DNA from: a virus
Taxonomy: Duplodnaviria > Caudoviricetes
Direction: 5' to 3' (one strand)
Virus record (IMG/VR): IMGVR_UViG_3300044814_000019
Coordinates: 1-53,810 of that record
Length of the DNA: 53,810 nucleotides
Shown here: positions 1-8,283 of the stretch, in pieces
How the letters are laid out: each line of letters begins with the position of its first letter
How positions within the stretch are numbered: position 1 is the stretch's first letter
Program-made: the position numbers and the translations under genes
Notes under the pieces: generated by a model
Told to the model about the DNA's origin: nothing
Database searches by the model: none
What the model saw: the letters and a program-made list of their open reading frames with translations, nothing else

Positions 1-127
1 GCAGTCCTCGCCGGGCCTTTAACTATCAACCCGCAATCTGGAGTAATTCCAGGATTCACGATCAATCAATCTCTATCTGGCTCGTCCCTGCCGACCGGCA
101 ATGCCGCAAATCTGATCTTCATAACAG
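1..127. repeat. terminal direct repeat (assembly overlap), identical to 53684-53810
   Basis: Exact 127-bp identity with the last 127 bp. An ORF reads through the join. 127 is a common assembler k-mer size. Confidence 0.95.
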
Positions 128-1152
128 GAGACACCGCACAGGCTGGGGCTGGTTTCATCAATGGTTCGGAAATCACGCATTTCGTGGGAGGGTCAGCAGT
201 CACAGGCGGCCGAGAGGCGTTCGCCTCCTTTCTAAAGCTCACCGCCCCGACAAATGCCTCCAACCCAAATCGCAACTATGTTGGGATTTGGGGGAATGCC
301 TTCTCGGATGCCGGCGATGGCGGGACGAATACAGGCGCGGGTGCCTTGGGCGCGCTTTTTGGGAGTGGCGCCTGGGGTGATCTTCAGTCCGGGGCGACGA
401 ATCTTCTCAATGTTTCTGCCGCTGAGTACAACGTCTCGGCGCGTACAGGGGCAAGCGTCAAGCATAAGACCATCATCCAGGCAGTCCAGCACGCTCTTGA
501 TGCGGTTCCAGGTGCCACGACAGATGCGGCAATCGTGGTGTCGTCGCAGGGCTCACCCGCGACCGGATTGACTGATGGATTGCTATTCTCCGATATGGCG
601 GGAGCGCAGGGCGTAAAGACGGCTGGCTCGCTGATCCGATCGACCGGCGGCACATTCGCAAACGGTGTTGACTTCTCCGCGTCCACTCTCACTACTGCAT
701 ACAAGTCGAGCGGGTTTAACGTAGACGGCAGTGGCAACGTCACGATGAACAACCGCGCCGTAGCGGGGGATATCTGGGCCGGGACCAGCAATAAATTTCT
801 TGATGCTGCAAGCGCACAGGCTGCACTCGCACCGCAGGCCATCGCGATCTCGACTAGCACGTTTACGCCGGTTATCGCGAATGGCATCAACTACGAAATT
901 ACGCTCGTCCACGCCTCGTGCCCATGCACGATCGCCAATATCGCGAGTCCTCCAGTAGGGCAGTCGTTCTATCTGACGGTCATTCAAAGTGCGACGGGAA
1001 GCGATACCATCGGGACATGGGGGACCAGTTATAAGTTCCCCGGCGGAACGCATCCGACATTATCAACAGGTGCGAATGCAGTGGACATTCTACCGGTGTA
1101 TTGCCGGACTGCAACATTCTGCGCTGTGGTGTTCGCGGGGAATTTCCAATGA
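1..1152 (+). CDS. 3' part of a signal-peptide-bearing tail-fibre-like protein that starts at 52835 (about 666 aa in total)
   Basis: Frame 1 is open from base 1 and in frame with ATG 52835 across the overlap. G/S/T/A-rich. C-terminal QSATGSDTIGTWGTSYKFPGGTHPTLSTGANAVDIL resembles phage fibre tip domains. Confidence 0.8.
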   Translation, partial: AVLAGPLTINPQSGVIPGFTINQSLSGSSLPTGNAANLIFITGDTAQAGAGFINGSEITHFVGGSAVTGGREAFASFLKLTAPTNASNPNRNYVGIWGNAFSDAGDGGTNTGAGALGALFGSGAWGDLQSGATNLLNVSAAEYNVSARTGASVKHKTIIQAVQHALDAVPGATTDAAIVVSSQGSPATGLTDGLLFSDMAGAQGVKTAGSLIRSTGGTFANGVDFSASTLTTAYKSSGFNVDGSGNVTMNNRAVAGDIWAGTSNKFLDAASAQAALAPQAIAISTSTFTPVIANGINYEITLVHASCPCTIANIASPPVGQSFYLTVIQSATGSDTIGTWGTSYKFPGGTHPTLSTGANAVDILPVYCRTATFCAVVFAGNFQ

Positions 1153-2030
1153 CGCGGGTAGCAATAGCCGTAATTGGCTTTGTCATTGGCTTCTTCCTTG
1201 TCTTCTCTTCGCTGCAACATGCGCCAGCTCTGCCGCTACCGGGGCATCAGCCGCCGTTCTTCCTTGGGAGCACTGCGCAGACCGGATTTGGGAATCTTTC
1301 TGCAGACGGGACAGCCAATAATAAGGGGACTTCATCGGCGACAGTAGCTATTAATCTGTCCGCCGCGACTGCCGGTGATATTATTGTTGTTGCGACTAAT
1401 TGTTATCGGACTGCTGCGCAAGGCTCTCTTACGTCTGTTTCAACGGTTGCCTCTACTAACCTGCCTTCTGGTGGCTGGCATTTGCGTAAGCAGCTACAGA
1501 TGTCTGGAACCAATTCCTCAGGACTTGGAATCACAGCCTTCAACGATTTGGAGATTTGGTGGACTTATTCTTCTGCCACTCTCAGCGCCGAGTCCATCAC
1601 TGTCACGTATGGCGCCGCCTGCGACTGCCTGCAGTCGTGGGGTTTGGCTGTGAAGGGTTTTATAGGCACGCTATACCAAACCGCTCCTTGGGATGTAAAT
1701 GCATCGTTGCCGGCCGCGCGAACAGATCAAGGAACCAGCGAGCTGCCCAACAACCCATCGATAACCACCACGGCCTCTCATTTCATGCTCATCCAAGCAG
1801 TCGGAACTTATGGTGGGATTTATACGCAAAATCTAACTTCCGATGCTACATGCTGCACTGGTGGTGCTGATACAAATATCGACAACTCGAATACGAGGCA
1901 GGCTAACCTTGCTGTGCAATATGGCCCGGTTCCGCAAACCGGCACGATTGCGTCCGGCTACACGCTGATAATGGGCGGCTCGATGCCATTCACCTACCAC
2001 GCCATCGCTGATGCGCTAACATCGCCCTAG
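1149..2030 (+). CDS. exported/signal-anchored Thr/Ser-rich beta protein, fibre-associated
   Basis: ATGA overlap with the upstream stop. Hydrophobic N-terminus MTRVAIAVIGFVIGFFLVFSSLQHAPA. 5 Cys. Confidence 0.75.
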   Translation: MTRVAIAVIGFVIGFFLVFSSLQHAPALPLPGHQPPFFLGSTAQTGFGNLSADGTANNKGTSSATVAINLSAATAGDIIVVATNCYRTAAQGSLTSVSTVASTNLPSGGWHLRKQLQMSGTNSSGLGITAFNDLEIWWTYSSATLSAESITVTYGAACDCLQSWGLAVKGFIGTLYQTAPWDVNASLPAARTDQGTSELPNNPSITTTASHFMLIQAVGTYGGIYTQNLTSDATCCTGGADTNIDNSNTRQANLAVQYGPVPQTGTIASGYTLIMGGSMPFTYHAIADALTSP

Positions 2031-2078
2031 CGCCCACGACCAAGGAAGAGGCCATCGGTCGTATGCAAGCGGACGGCG
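2030..2078 (+). repeat. 49-bp near-perfect copy of 17002-17050
   Basis: gcgcccacgaccaaggaagaggccatcggYcgtatgcaagcggacggcg, 1 mismatch. Confidence 0.9.
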
Positions 2079-2164
2079 CTACATTTTTAAAGGGCCTATG
2101 AAAGCTCGAAATTGGGTGGTATTATGCTTTGGACGTGTCATACCAACCGAACTGAGGGCAGCCC

Positions 2165-2425
2165 ATGATCACTTTTCGCGGTGTCAAGACCGGCTTCAAT
2201 AAGACGGGCAGCAATGAGTGTTGCCCGAACTTTATGGGGCCGCCGGCCACGAAGTTCTCGGGGCGTGGGGGCTTGCCGGAAGGGCCGCTGAAGCGCTACC
2301 CTGGCGTCGTGGCGGACATTGGCGGGGGCAACCGCCGGCTGGCAAAGTCCAATCACGGCGAAGGTGAAGGCTCTGGCACGCGCTTTAGCGGGTCGCCGTC
2401 CGGCTTCAGCAGAGGTCGCAAATAA
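2165..2425 (+). CDS. small basic Gly/Arg/Lys-rich protein
   Basis: RBS GAGGG upstream. 86 aa, low complexity and basic. Confidence 0.65.
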   Translation: MITFRGVKTGFNKTGSNECCPNFMGPPATKFSGRGGLPEGPLKRYPGVVADIGGGNRRLAKSNHGEGEGSGTRFSGSPSGFSRGRK

Positions 2426-2442
2426 GCGCGGGGAGGGGTGCG

Positions 2443-2859
2443 TTGTTTTATAGACCAGGCGGCTCCGCGACGCGGATCAGTAACCAAACCGATACCGTCT
2501 ACGCCGACAGCGTGAACGGTGCGACTGGCTGGCTGCCTGTGAGTAAGGGCAACACTATTTCCGTCAACATAGCCCGCGCTTCGCTAGCGTTCGTCACCGC
2601 TGCGGCCAGCACCATAACGCCGTCCTATGTGGCGCCGGAAGCGCAAGTCGTCATGGAAATGAAGATGTACGGCGGCGACCCGGATTCGTCTGCACGACCA
2701 ATCGACCAATGGCAGAACATCGTTGTTGCTTCGTCGCGGCGTGCCCACCGCGAAGGCTGGGTACGGCTGCGCATCGTCAATATCAACAGCAGCGGAGGGA
2801 CGGGCGTCGTCATGGATATGCAGATCGCCCGTACGGGTGATGTTGGTGCATCTACATGA
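2443..2859 (+). CDS. hypothetical (probable virion) protein
   Basis: Strong RBS GGGGAGGGG before a TTG start. ATGA overlap with the next gene. Confidence 0.7.
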   Translation: MFYRPGGSATRISNQTDTVYADSVNGATGWLPVSKGNTISVNIARASLAFVTAAASTITPSYVAPEAQVVMEMKMYGGDPDSSARPIDQWQNIVVASSRRAHREGWVRLRIVNINSSGGTGVVMDMQIARTGDVGAST

Positions 2860-3485
2860 GCGGCTTTGACCAAGGGACGGCACAAGGCGGCGTCTTCGCC
2901 CAGGCAAAGCAGTTCGGCTCGATCCTGCGGGGTTTCGGGCCGCCCGTGCCGGCTGCTGGTGTCGTCGGCGATCTGTACATAGACACACAGACATGGTTTC
3001 TGTACGAGAAGCGCAATTCGGAAGCCACGGACCCGTGGGGCCACTATCTGTTTGCTGTGCCGGCACAGTACCAGTCAGGTCTGAATTGGTTTAGTTCCTC
3101 GCTTCCGACGAACAATTTTGGCGTAGACGGTGACTATTGCCTGCTTTGGGCTGGTTTCAACAATTACGGACTTCAGCCATCTTTTTGCGGTCCAAATACC
3201 GATGGGTACTGGCCGGAAAGCGGAGACGGACCGGCTTTGCTGCTCGATCCGACGAATGCAGGGTATACGATTCCTGTCGGGCTGACAGACGAAGGCGCGC
3301 TCATTGCGTTCGGCAATTCGTGGCAGCTTGTAGTTGCCGGCCTCGATACCGAATACGTCCTATCCATCCCGGTTCCACAAGTTACGGGTACGTCTTTGAT
3401 CGAGCGCGGGTTGCAGTCGGCACCGGCTGTCGTTCCTCTCGCCATCAATCCGCTGTACGCGGCTGTAGATGAGCACGCCATATGA
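2856..3485 (+). CDS. tail-associated protein, paralogue A (GxPxxxxGVVGDxYID motif)
   Basis: N-terminal about 120 aa highly similar to 3482-3910. The motif resembles the C-terminus of the needle-like protein at 20576. Confidence 0.75.
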   Translation: MSGFDQGTAQGGVFAQAKQFGSILRGFGPPVPAAGVVGDLYIDTQTWFLYEKRNSEATDPWGHYLFAVPAQYQSGLNWFSSSLPTNNFGVDGDYCLLWAGFNNYGLQPSFCGPNTDGYWPESGDGPALLLDPTNAGYTIPVGLTDEGALIAFGNSWQLVVAGLDTEYVLSIPVPQVTGTSLIERGLQSAPAVVPLAINPLYAAVDEHAI

Positions 3486-3910
3486 GCGGGTTCGACAACG
3501 GTACGATTCAACAGGGTGTCTTTGCGCAGGCGAAGCAGTTCGGCCCAGTGCTGCTCGGCACTGGCGAGCCCGTGCCGGCGGCCGGCGTTGTTGGTGACGT
3601 ATACATCGACACGCAAACTCAATTTTTATACGTCAAGCGTTCCAGCGATAGCACAAGCCCGTGGGGTAACTACCTGTTTGCCGTGCCTCCGACCTACCAA
3701 GGCGTGCTTAAGTGGTTCAGTTCGGCGCACCCGACGAACGATCTTGGTGCGAATGGCGACTATTGTCTGCTTTGGGGCGGCTACCCGAATTACGGGTTGC
3801 AGCCGTCCATCCTTGGACCAAAGGCAGCCGGCGCGTGGCCCGCCAACCCAGCTGCAGTCGCGGTCGCACTTAACCCGCTCTACACGGCGGAAAATGAGCA
3901 CGCGGTATGA
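3482..3910 (+). CDS. tail-associated protein, paralogue B
   Basis: MSGFDNGT..GVFAQAKQFG..VVGDVYIDTQT..NYGLQPS..NPLY..EHAV is shared with 2856-3485. Confidence 0.75.
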   Translation: MSGFDNGTIQQGVFAQAKQFGPVLLGTGEPVPAAGVVGDVYIDTQTQFLYVKRSSDSTSPWGNYLFAVPPTYQGVLKWFSSAHPTNDLGANGDYCLLWGGYPNYGLQPSILGPKAAGAWPANPAAVAVALNPLYTAENEHAV

Positions 3911-4518
3911 GCTACAATTCGGCAACGGATTTTATCGGGCTACTGCGGCTTGTCGGCAGTGGTGTGCGCTCGGAACGGATGCCGGGGCTTGATTACGTCG
4001 TCGCCGCGCTGGCCCGTGCAGGCATGTTTGCGCTGTCAGTTGGACAGACCGCGCCAACGGCAAATCAGCCGAGTACGTTTTGGTTCCAGCCTGCCATCCT
4101 ATCATGGTCGGCGGAAGGCACGCTGTACATCTGGAATCCGGTGGCCGGAGCTTATCAGGTCGCAACGCCAGCGCTGTGGCAAGCGTTCCTGTCGTCATCC
4201 GGTTCGGTGTTTCAATCGCTCGCCGCTGCGAACAACACCATAAATCCGGGAGTGTCGCTTGCTGCCATACAGCGTGCCGCGCCCGTTAATACGGCTGTGT
4301 TGTTGCCGACGATCGCAGCGCAGTACCTTACGCAGAAAGACATCGTGTTAGTTGACTTTTCAACAGGAGTCGTCAACCACACCATTGCGTTATCGACGCC
4401 GGATGGTGCTACAATTATGCAGCAAGTGGGGTGGCAGCTCCTATCAACGGCGGCCTACCTGGCGCGCGTACGTCTTCGTCCGTCTCCCGATCTCAACTCT
4501 TGGGTTTTAATACCATGA
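3907..4518 (+). CDS. hypothetical tail/fibre-attachment protein
   Basis: Translationally coupled in the virion gene run. 203 aa. Confidence 0.65.
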   Translation: MSYNSATDFIGLLRLVGSGVRSERMPGLDYVVAALARAGMFALSVGQTAPTANQPSTFWFQPAILSWSAEGTLYIWNPVAGAYQVATPALWQAFLSSSGSVFQSLAAANNTINPGVSLAAIQRAAPVNTAVLLPTIAAQYLTQKDIVLVDFSTGVVNHTIALSTPDGATIMQQVGWQLLSTAAYLARVRLRPSPDLNSWVLIP

Positions 4519-5795
4519 AAATCCGTACCGCCGCAGCTCTCGCGTTCTTTTTGCTTTGCGCTCCCGTTCTTGCTCAGCAGACGCCGAACCACTCCATCCC
4601 GATCGGGCGCGGTGCCGGCATCACTGGCTACGGCGCCGCGGTGCCGAGCACTGCAGGACAGCCGCTCGTCAGCCAGGGCGCAACTACAGACCCGGCTTTC
4701 GGCACGATCGCCAACAGCGGATTTACGGCTGGCCCTGCGAATAGCGTCAAGGGCAGCTTGGACGGCACCAGCGTAGGGGACGAAGCGGTCCCTGCGTGCA
4801 CGGGTGTCAACCAAGCACTGCGCTGGACGGCCGGCGTCGGCTTTAGCTGCGGCACCGTCAGCGTCACGACTGGCTTTGATATGCCGGTCAATCTTGGCCT
4901 GTCCGCTTCTGCGTCCGGCAACGCGCTTACCATCACTCTGACGCAAGCGAGCGGGTCTGCGCCTACCGGCACCAGTCCGGTTTTGGTGCCGTTCCGATCC
5001 ACCACGGCGACGGCTGGCACGGTGACGTGGAGCACGATATCTGCCACTCAATCTATCGTCGTGCCGGCTGGCGCGACTCTCGGCACTTCAAGCGGAAGCG
5101 TTCCTTTCCGCGCCTGGATTTTTGAAGAGTACCACGGCGGTACGCCGGAGCTGGCCGTCGCGACGTGCAGCAGCCCGACAGCGGTTTTTCCATGTGCTGC
5201 TTGGGAAAGTTCGCTACCCACCAGCATAACCATTGGAGGGTCTTCCAACAGCGGCGGCGTGCTGTATGCCACGACTGGCGTCGCTGCTGATGCTGTACGG
5301 ATTATCGGCTATTGCGATTACGCCAGCGGCTTGGGCACGGCGGGTACTTGGGCTAGTTCGTGCACGGCTTTGCAAGTGTTTGGTCCTGGAATCAAGAAGC
5401 CAGGCGATGTGGTGCAGACTGTTGTTGGCACGCGAAACACCCCAACCTCCACGATTTCGGCTACGTTCGTCACGTCCAACATAACGGCGTCTATTTCGCT
5501 GAGTTCGTCAATGAACCTTGTTATGGGTTCTTACTATGCCGACGCTCAACCTACGAGCGGAACAACACAGACGGTTACCCACCAACCGACCCGGGGAAGC
5601 ACGCAAATAGGAATACCTGTTGGCTACACCACTTCAGCGTCCGGCATTCTCGCAAATGTGTACGGATCGTTTCTGGATGCCCCAGGCACCGCCGCTTCGA
5701 CCGCATACGCAGCGTTTTATAAGGTGAACGCTGGCCAAGGTACTGCATTTCCGGCAACGAATGGACAGATCATGCTGCAAGAGATCATGGGATAG
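4515..5795 (+). CDS. signal-peptide-bearing tail-fibre-like protein
   Basis: ATG 4515 overlaps the upstream stop. MKIRTAAALAFFLLCAPVLA|QQ is a Sec-type signal. T/S/G-rich with 6 Cys in the mature part. C-terminal PGDVVQTV...IMLQEIMG is fibre-like. Confidence 0.8.
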   Translation: MKIRTAAALAFFLLCAPVLAQQTPNHSIPIGRGAGITGYGAAVPSTAGQPLVSQGATTDPAFGTIANSGFTAGPANSVKGSLDGTSVGDEAVPACTGVNQALRWTAGVGFSCGTVSVTTGFDMPVNLGLSASASGNALTITLTQASGSAPTGTSPVLVPFRSTTATAGTVTWSTISATQSIVVPAGATLGTSSGSVPFRAWIFEEYHGGTPELAVATCSSPTAVFPCAAWESSLPTSITIGGSSNSGGVLYATTGVAADAVRIIGYCDYASGLGTAGTWASSCTALQVFGPGIKKPGDVVQTVVGTRNTPTSTISATFVTSNITASISLSSSMNLVMGSYYADAQPTSGTTQTVTHQPTRGSTQIGIPVGYTTSASGILANVYGSFLDAPGTAASTAYAAFYKVNAGQGTAFPATNGQIMLQEIMG

Positions 5796-5798
5796 GTC

Positions 5799-6731
5799 AT
5801 GCCGAGCTTTTACGATACCGTAATTCGCAACTCGACTGCTTTCCGCAGCAGCGCAGTTTGCAAGGATCTCGCGCTACTCGAGCCGGGCACGCGGACGGCC
5901 GTGGTCGCGCTGTTGGCGGACGCCAAAGAGCAGGGCATCGACTTGCGGCTGTTGGAGACTTATCGATCGCAGACGCGGCAGAGTGCGCTATTCGTGCAGC
6001 GCGCAACGCAACTCCGCACGGTCGGGTGTCATGGCTACGGCGTTGCGGCAGATTTCGGCGTCTTCGTCAATGGCAAGTACGCCGAAGACAACAAGCCGTA
6101 CGTGTTCCTCCGCGTCATGGCGCGCAAGCATGGTTTGGTTTCAGGTCAAGATTGGGGGCACGCTGCCGAGAGCGCCAGCTTCGTCGATAGCGGCCATGTA
6201 CAGCGCGTGCCGGTGTGGCGGCAAAGCGCACTATTCTCCGGTGCGTGGTACCCACCGGAAGTATATGACCCGTATCAGGATGAGGCCGCACAGCATTCGG
6301 ACGTGGTTGCCAGCTTGGCGGCGCCATCTGCGCCAGTTGCGGCCTCTGTGCCAACGCCTTCGGCCGCCCTGTACCGAAATACGGGTATCGTCGCAACGGT
6401 GTTCGGCGGCGCTGCCGATCATGAAACCAGCGCGTATACCGGCCACCGAATCGACGACACGATCGTAGGTGTCGCGCTGCCGGCGCACATGCCGGGCGTC
6501 AAGGTTCGCGTTCACAGCGGCAGTAAGTCAGTCGTCGCGGACGTTGTTGACATCGGACCGTGGAACACGAATGATCCGTATTGGGTTACTCACGCACGCC
6601 CCCAAGCCGAGAGCGGGACCGACATGCGCGGCCGGCACACAAACAAGGCCGGCATAGATTTGACGCCAGCCGCAGCCCGCGCGCTCGGGATTGACGGCAA
6701 GGGCATCGTGGATTGGGAGCTTGTAGGCTAA
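5799..6731 (+). CDS. endolysin: M15-family peptidase plus C-terminal RlpA-like double-psi beta-barrel
   Basis: YRSQTRQ..CHGYGVAADF..DWG..DSGHVQ (M15 Zn ligands), a Pro/Ala linker, then VVDIGPW..IDLTPAAARALG (DPBB). Confidence 0.8.
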   Translation: MPSFYDTVIRNSTAFRSSAVCKDLALLEPGTRTAVVALLADAKEQGIDLRLLETYRSQTRQSALFVQRATQLRTVGCHGYGVAADFGVFVNGKYAEDNKPYVFLRVMARKHGLVSGQDWGHAAESASFVDSGHVQRVPVWRQSALFSGAWYPPEVYDPYQDEAAQHSDVVASLAAPSAPVAASVPTPSAALYRNTGIVATVFGGAADHETSAYTGHRIDDTIVGVALPAHMPGVKVRVHSGSKSVVADVVDIGPWNTNDPYWVTHARPQAESGTDMRGRHTNKAGIDLTPAAARALGIDGKGIVDWELVG

Positions 6732-6732
6732 G

Positions 6733-7206
6733 ATGGCGCCTGATCAGCGCATAATTCGTCCTGATCCTGATCCGACTGAGCGGACGATTGAGCAGTCGCT
6801 TCGGGAAGTTGCGAACGTAGAAAAATTCCTGATGGGCCAGATCAATGCCCTTCAGGGGTTAATCGAAGAAAAATTAGTAGGCGTAGCGACTCAGTTTTCT
6901 ATGCGGGACACAGCGCTCACAGCCGCGTTCAAGGCCGCACAGGATGCCGTTACTGAGCAGAATCGGAGTAACGAAAAGGCCGCCACCAAATCGGAGGAGT
7001 CTTTCACCAAGCAAATCGACCAGATGAAACTACTTATCGAAACTAAAGGCAACGCGTCCGATGACAAGATTTATGACATCAAGGAAACAATGTCGCGCCG
7101 GGAGGGGCACTCGAAGGGGCTTGGTGACGGCTGGGGGTATTTGGTCGGCGCTATTGGCGTCGTGTGGGGAGTTGTTGCAACAATAGGGTTGATTACGAAA
7201 CATTGA
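6733..7206 (+). CDS. coiled-coil protein with C-terminal transmembrane helix (lysis region)
   Basis: Helical body followed by WGYLVGAIGVVWGVVATIGLI. Confidence 0.7.
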   Translation: MAPDQRIIRPDPDPTERTIEQSLREVANVEKFLMGQINALQGLIEEKLVGVATQFSMRDTALTAAFKAAQDAVTEQNRSNEKAATKSEESFTKQIDQMKLLIETKGNASDDKIYDIKETMSRREGHSKGLGDGWGYLVGAIGVVWGVVATIGLITKH

Positions 7207-7219
7207 GGAGGAGACGACC

Positions 7220-7405
7220 ATGGGTGCAAATATATGGTTTTGGTTGATTTACGTCCTCGTCGGCGTATTTGGCGGCTTTGGCATGAATCCGTGGCGTCCG
7301 ACTCCCTATGCGTGGGGCGTATTCGGCAGCTACCTTGTGCTGTTCATTCTCATTGGCATTCTGGGGCTTCACGACTTCGGCAGCCCGATTCAAGGCGGCC
7401 GTTGA
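7220..7405 (+). CDS. small two-TM membrane protein (holin candidate)
   Basis: RBS GAGGAGGAG. Two hydrophobic segments. Confidence 0.7.
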   Translation: MGANIWFWLIYVLVGVFGGFGMNPWRPTPYAWGVFGSYLVLFILIGILGLHDFGSPIQGGR

Positions 7406-7410
7406 CACCC

Positions 7411-7767
7411 ATGACCTTCCGTAATCCCTTCAGTCATGCCGACGATGACCGGAGACACAGCGAAACTGTCGGGTTGCTGAAAACCATCATCGCAAACCAG
7501 GAGAAAACCATGATCGACACGTCTAAGATCCTCGCTTCTGTTGCTGCGGAAAGGACCGAGCTGGGCTCGTGGCAGACGCTCGCGACCGCCCTGCAAAAGG
7601 TAATCTCTGACCAAGCCACCGCGCTTGCCGCCGCTATCTCCAACAGCGATCCGGCTGCCATGGCCAAGGTCCAAGCCGATCTCGACAAGGCGTCCAGCGA
7701 TCTCGACACTGACAACGCCACCGCCGCGAACGCCATTATCGCGAACACGCCAGCGGCAAATCCCTGA
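7411..7767 (+). CDS. helical Ala-rich protein (alternative in-frame start at 7510)
   Basis: ATG 7411, and a second ATG at 7510 with RBS CAGGAG. Confidence 0.6.
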   Translation: MTFRNPFSHADDDRRHSETVGLLKTIIANQEKTMIDTSKILASVAAERTELGSWQTLATALQKVISDQATALAAAISNSDPAAMAKVQADLDKASSDLDTDNATAANAIIANTPAANP

Positions 7768-7845
7768 GTCTGCCGGCACCGAGACACGGCCTCTGTCCGA
7801 GGCCGTGAAGACCGCCGCTCTGGCGGAACGACCCTCCCTCTACTG

Positions 7846-7876
7846 GCCCTGCCTGGAAACGGGCGGGGCTTTTTTT
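7846..7876 (+). terminator. rho-independent terminator
   Basis: GCCCTGCCTG-GAAA-CGGGCGGGGC followed by T7. Confidence 0.85.
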
Positions 7877-7932
7877 ATGTCTGACACTGTGCTATGCAGG
7901 GCCCCTTAATCCATTTGGAAGGGCCAAGCGCT

Positions 7933-8283
7933 ATGAACAAGACGCAGCTTCAAACCAGTACCGCAGCCCTTATTGGCGTCGCTGCCGGCTTCGCAGCAGC
8001 CCACGGGTGGCTTGGGCTGGGCGTGGGCGACTGGACTACCATACTCGGCGCCCTAGTCGCGGCCGGCGCTGTCGTGGCTCCTGCCATCGTCACGCGCGCC
8101 ACAGCCCTGAAAGACGCCGTAGGCAGCATGCCAGCGACTACCGTCGTGACCGACAAGGCCACGGCCGACGCATTGCCCGACAATCCTAACGTGATTGCCG
8201 CCACGCCGGAAATCGTCGCCGCCGTTAAGAAGGGGAGCGATGCCACTCCCGGCGTTCCGTATACGGGCGCGACGGTGCGGTGA
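7933..8283 (+). CDS. holin-like two-TM protein
   Basis: MNKTQLQTSTAALIGVAAGFAAAHGWL..WTTILGALVAAGAVVAPAIV. RBS GGAAGGG. Confidence 0.65.
   Translation: MNKTQLQTSTAALIGVAAGFAAAHGWLGLGVGDWTTILGALVAAGAVVAPAIVTRATALKDAVGSMPATTVVTDKATADALPDNPNVIAATPEIVAAVKKGSDATPGVPYTGATVR

Noticed and set aside
2856-3910. Paralogue pair, or the 49-bp repeat, as a diversity-generating retroelement
   Set aside because: No reverse transcriptase in the genome and no adenine-specific mismatch pattern (the single mismatch is C/T).
7760-7845. Hammerhead ribozyme
   Set aside because: The core CUGAnGA...GAAA is not present in the correct arrangement.
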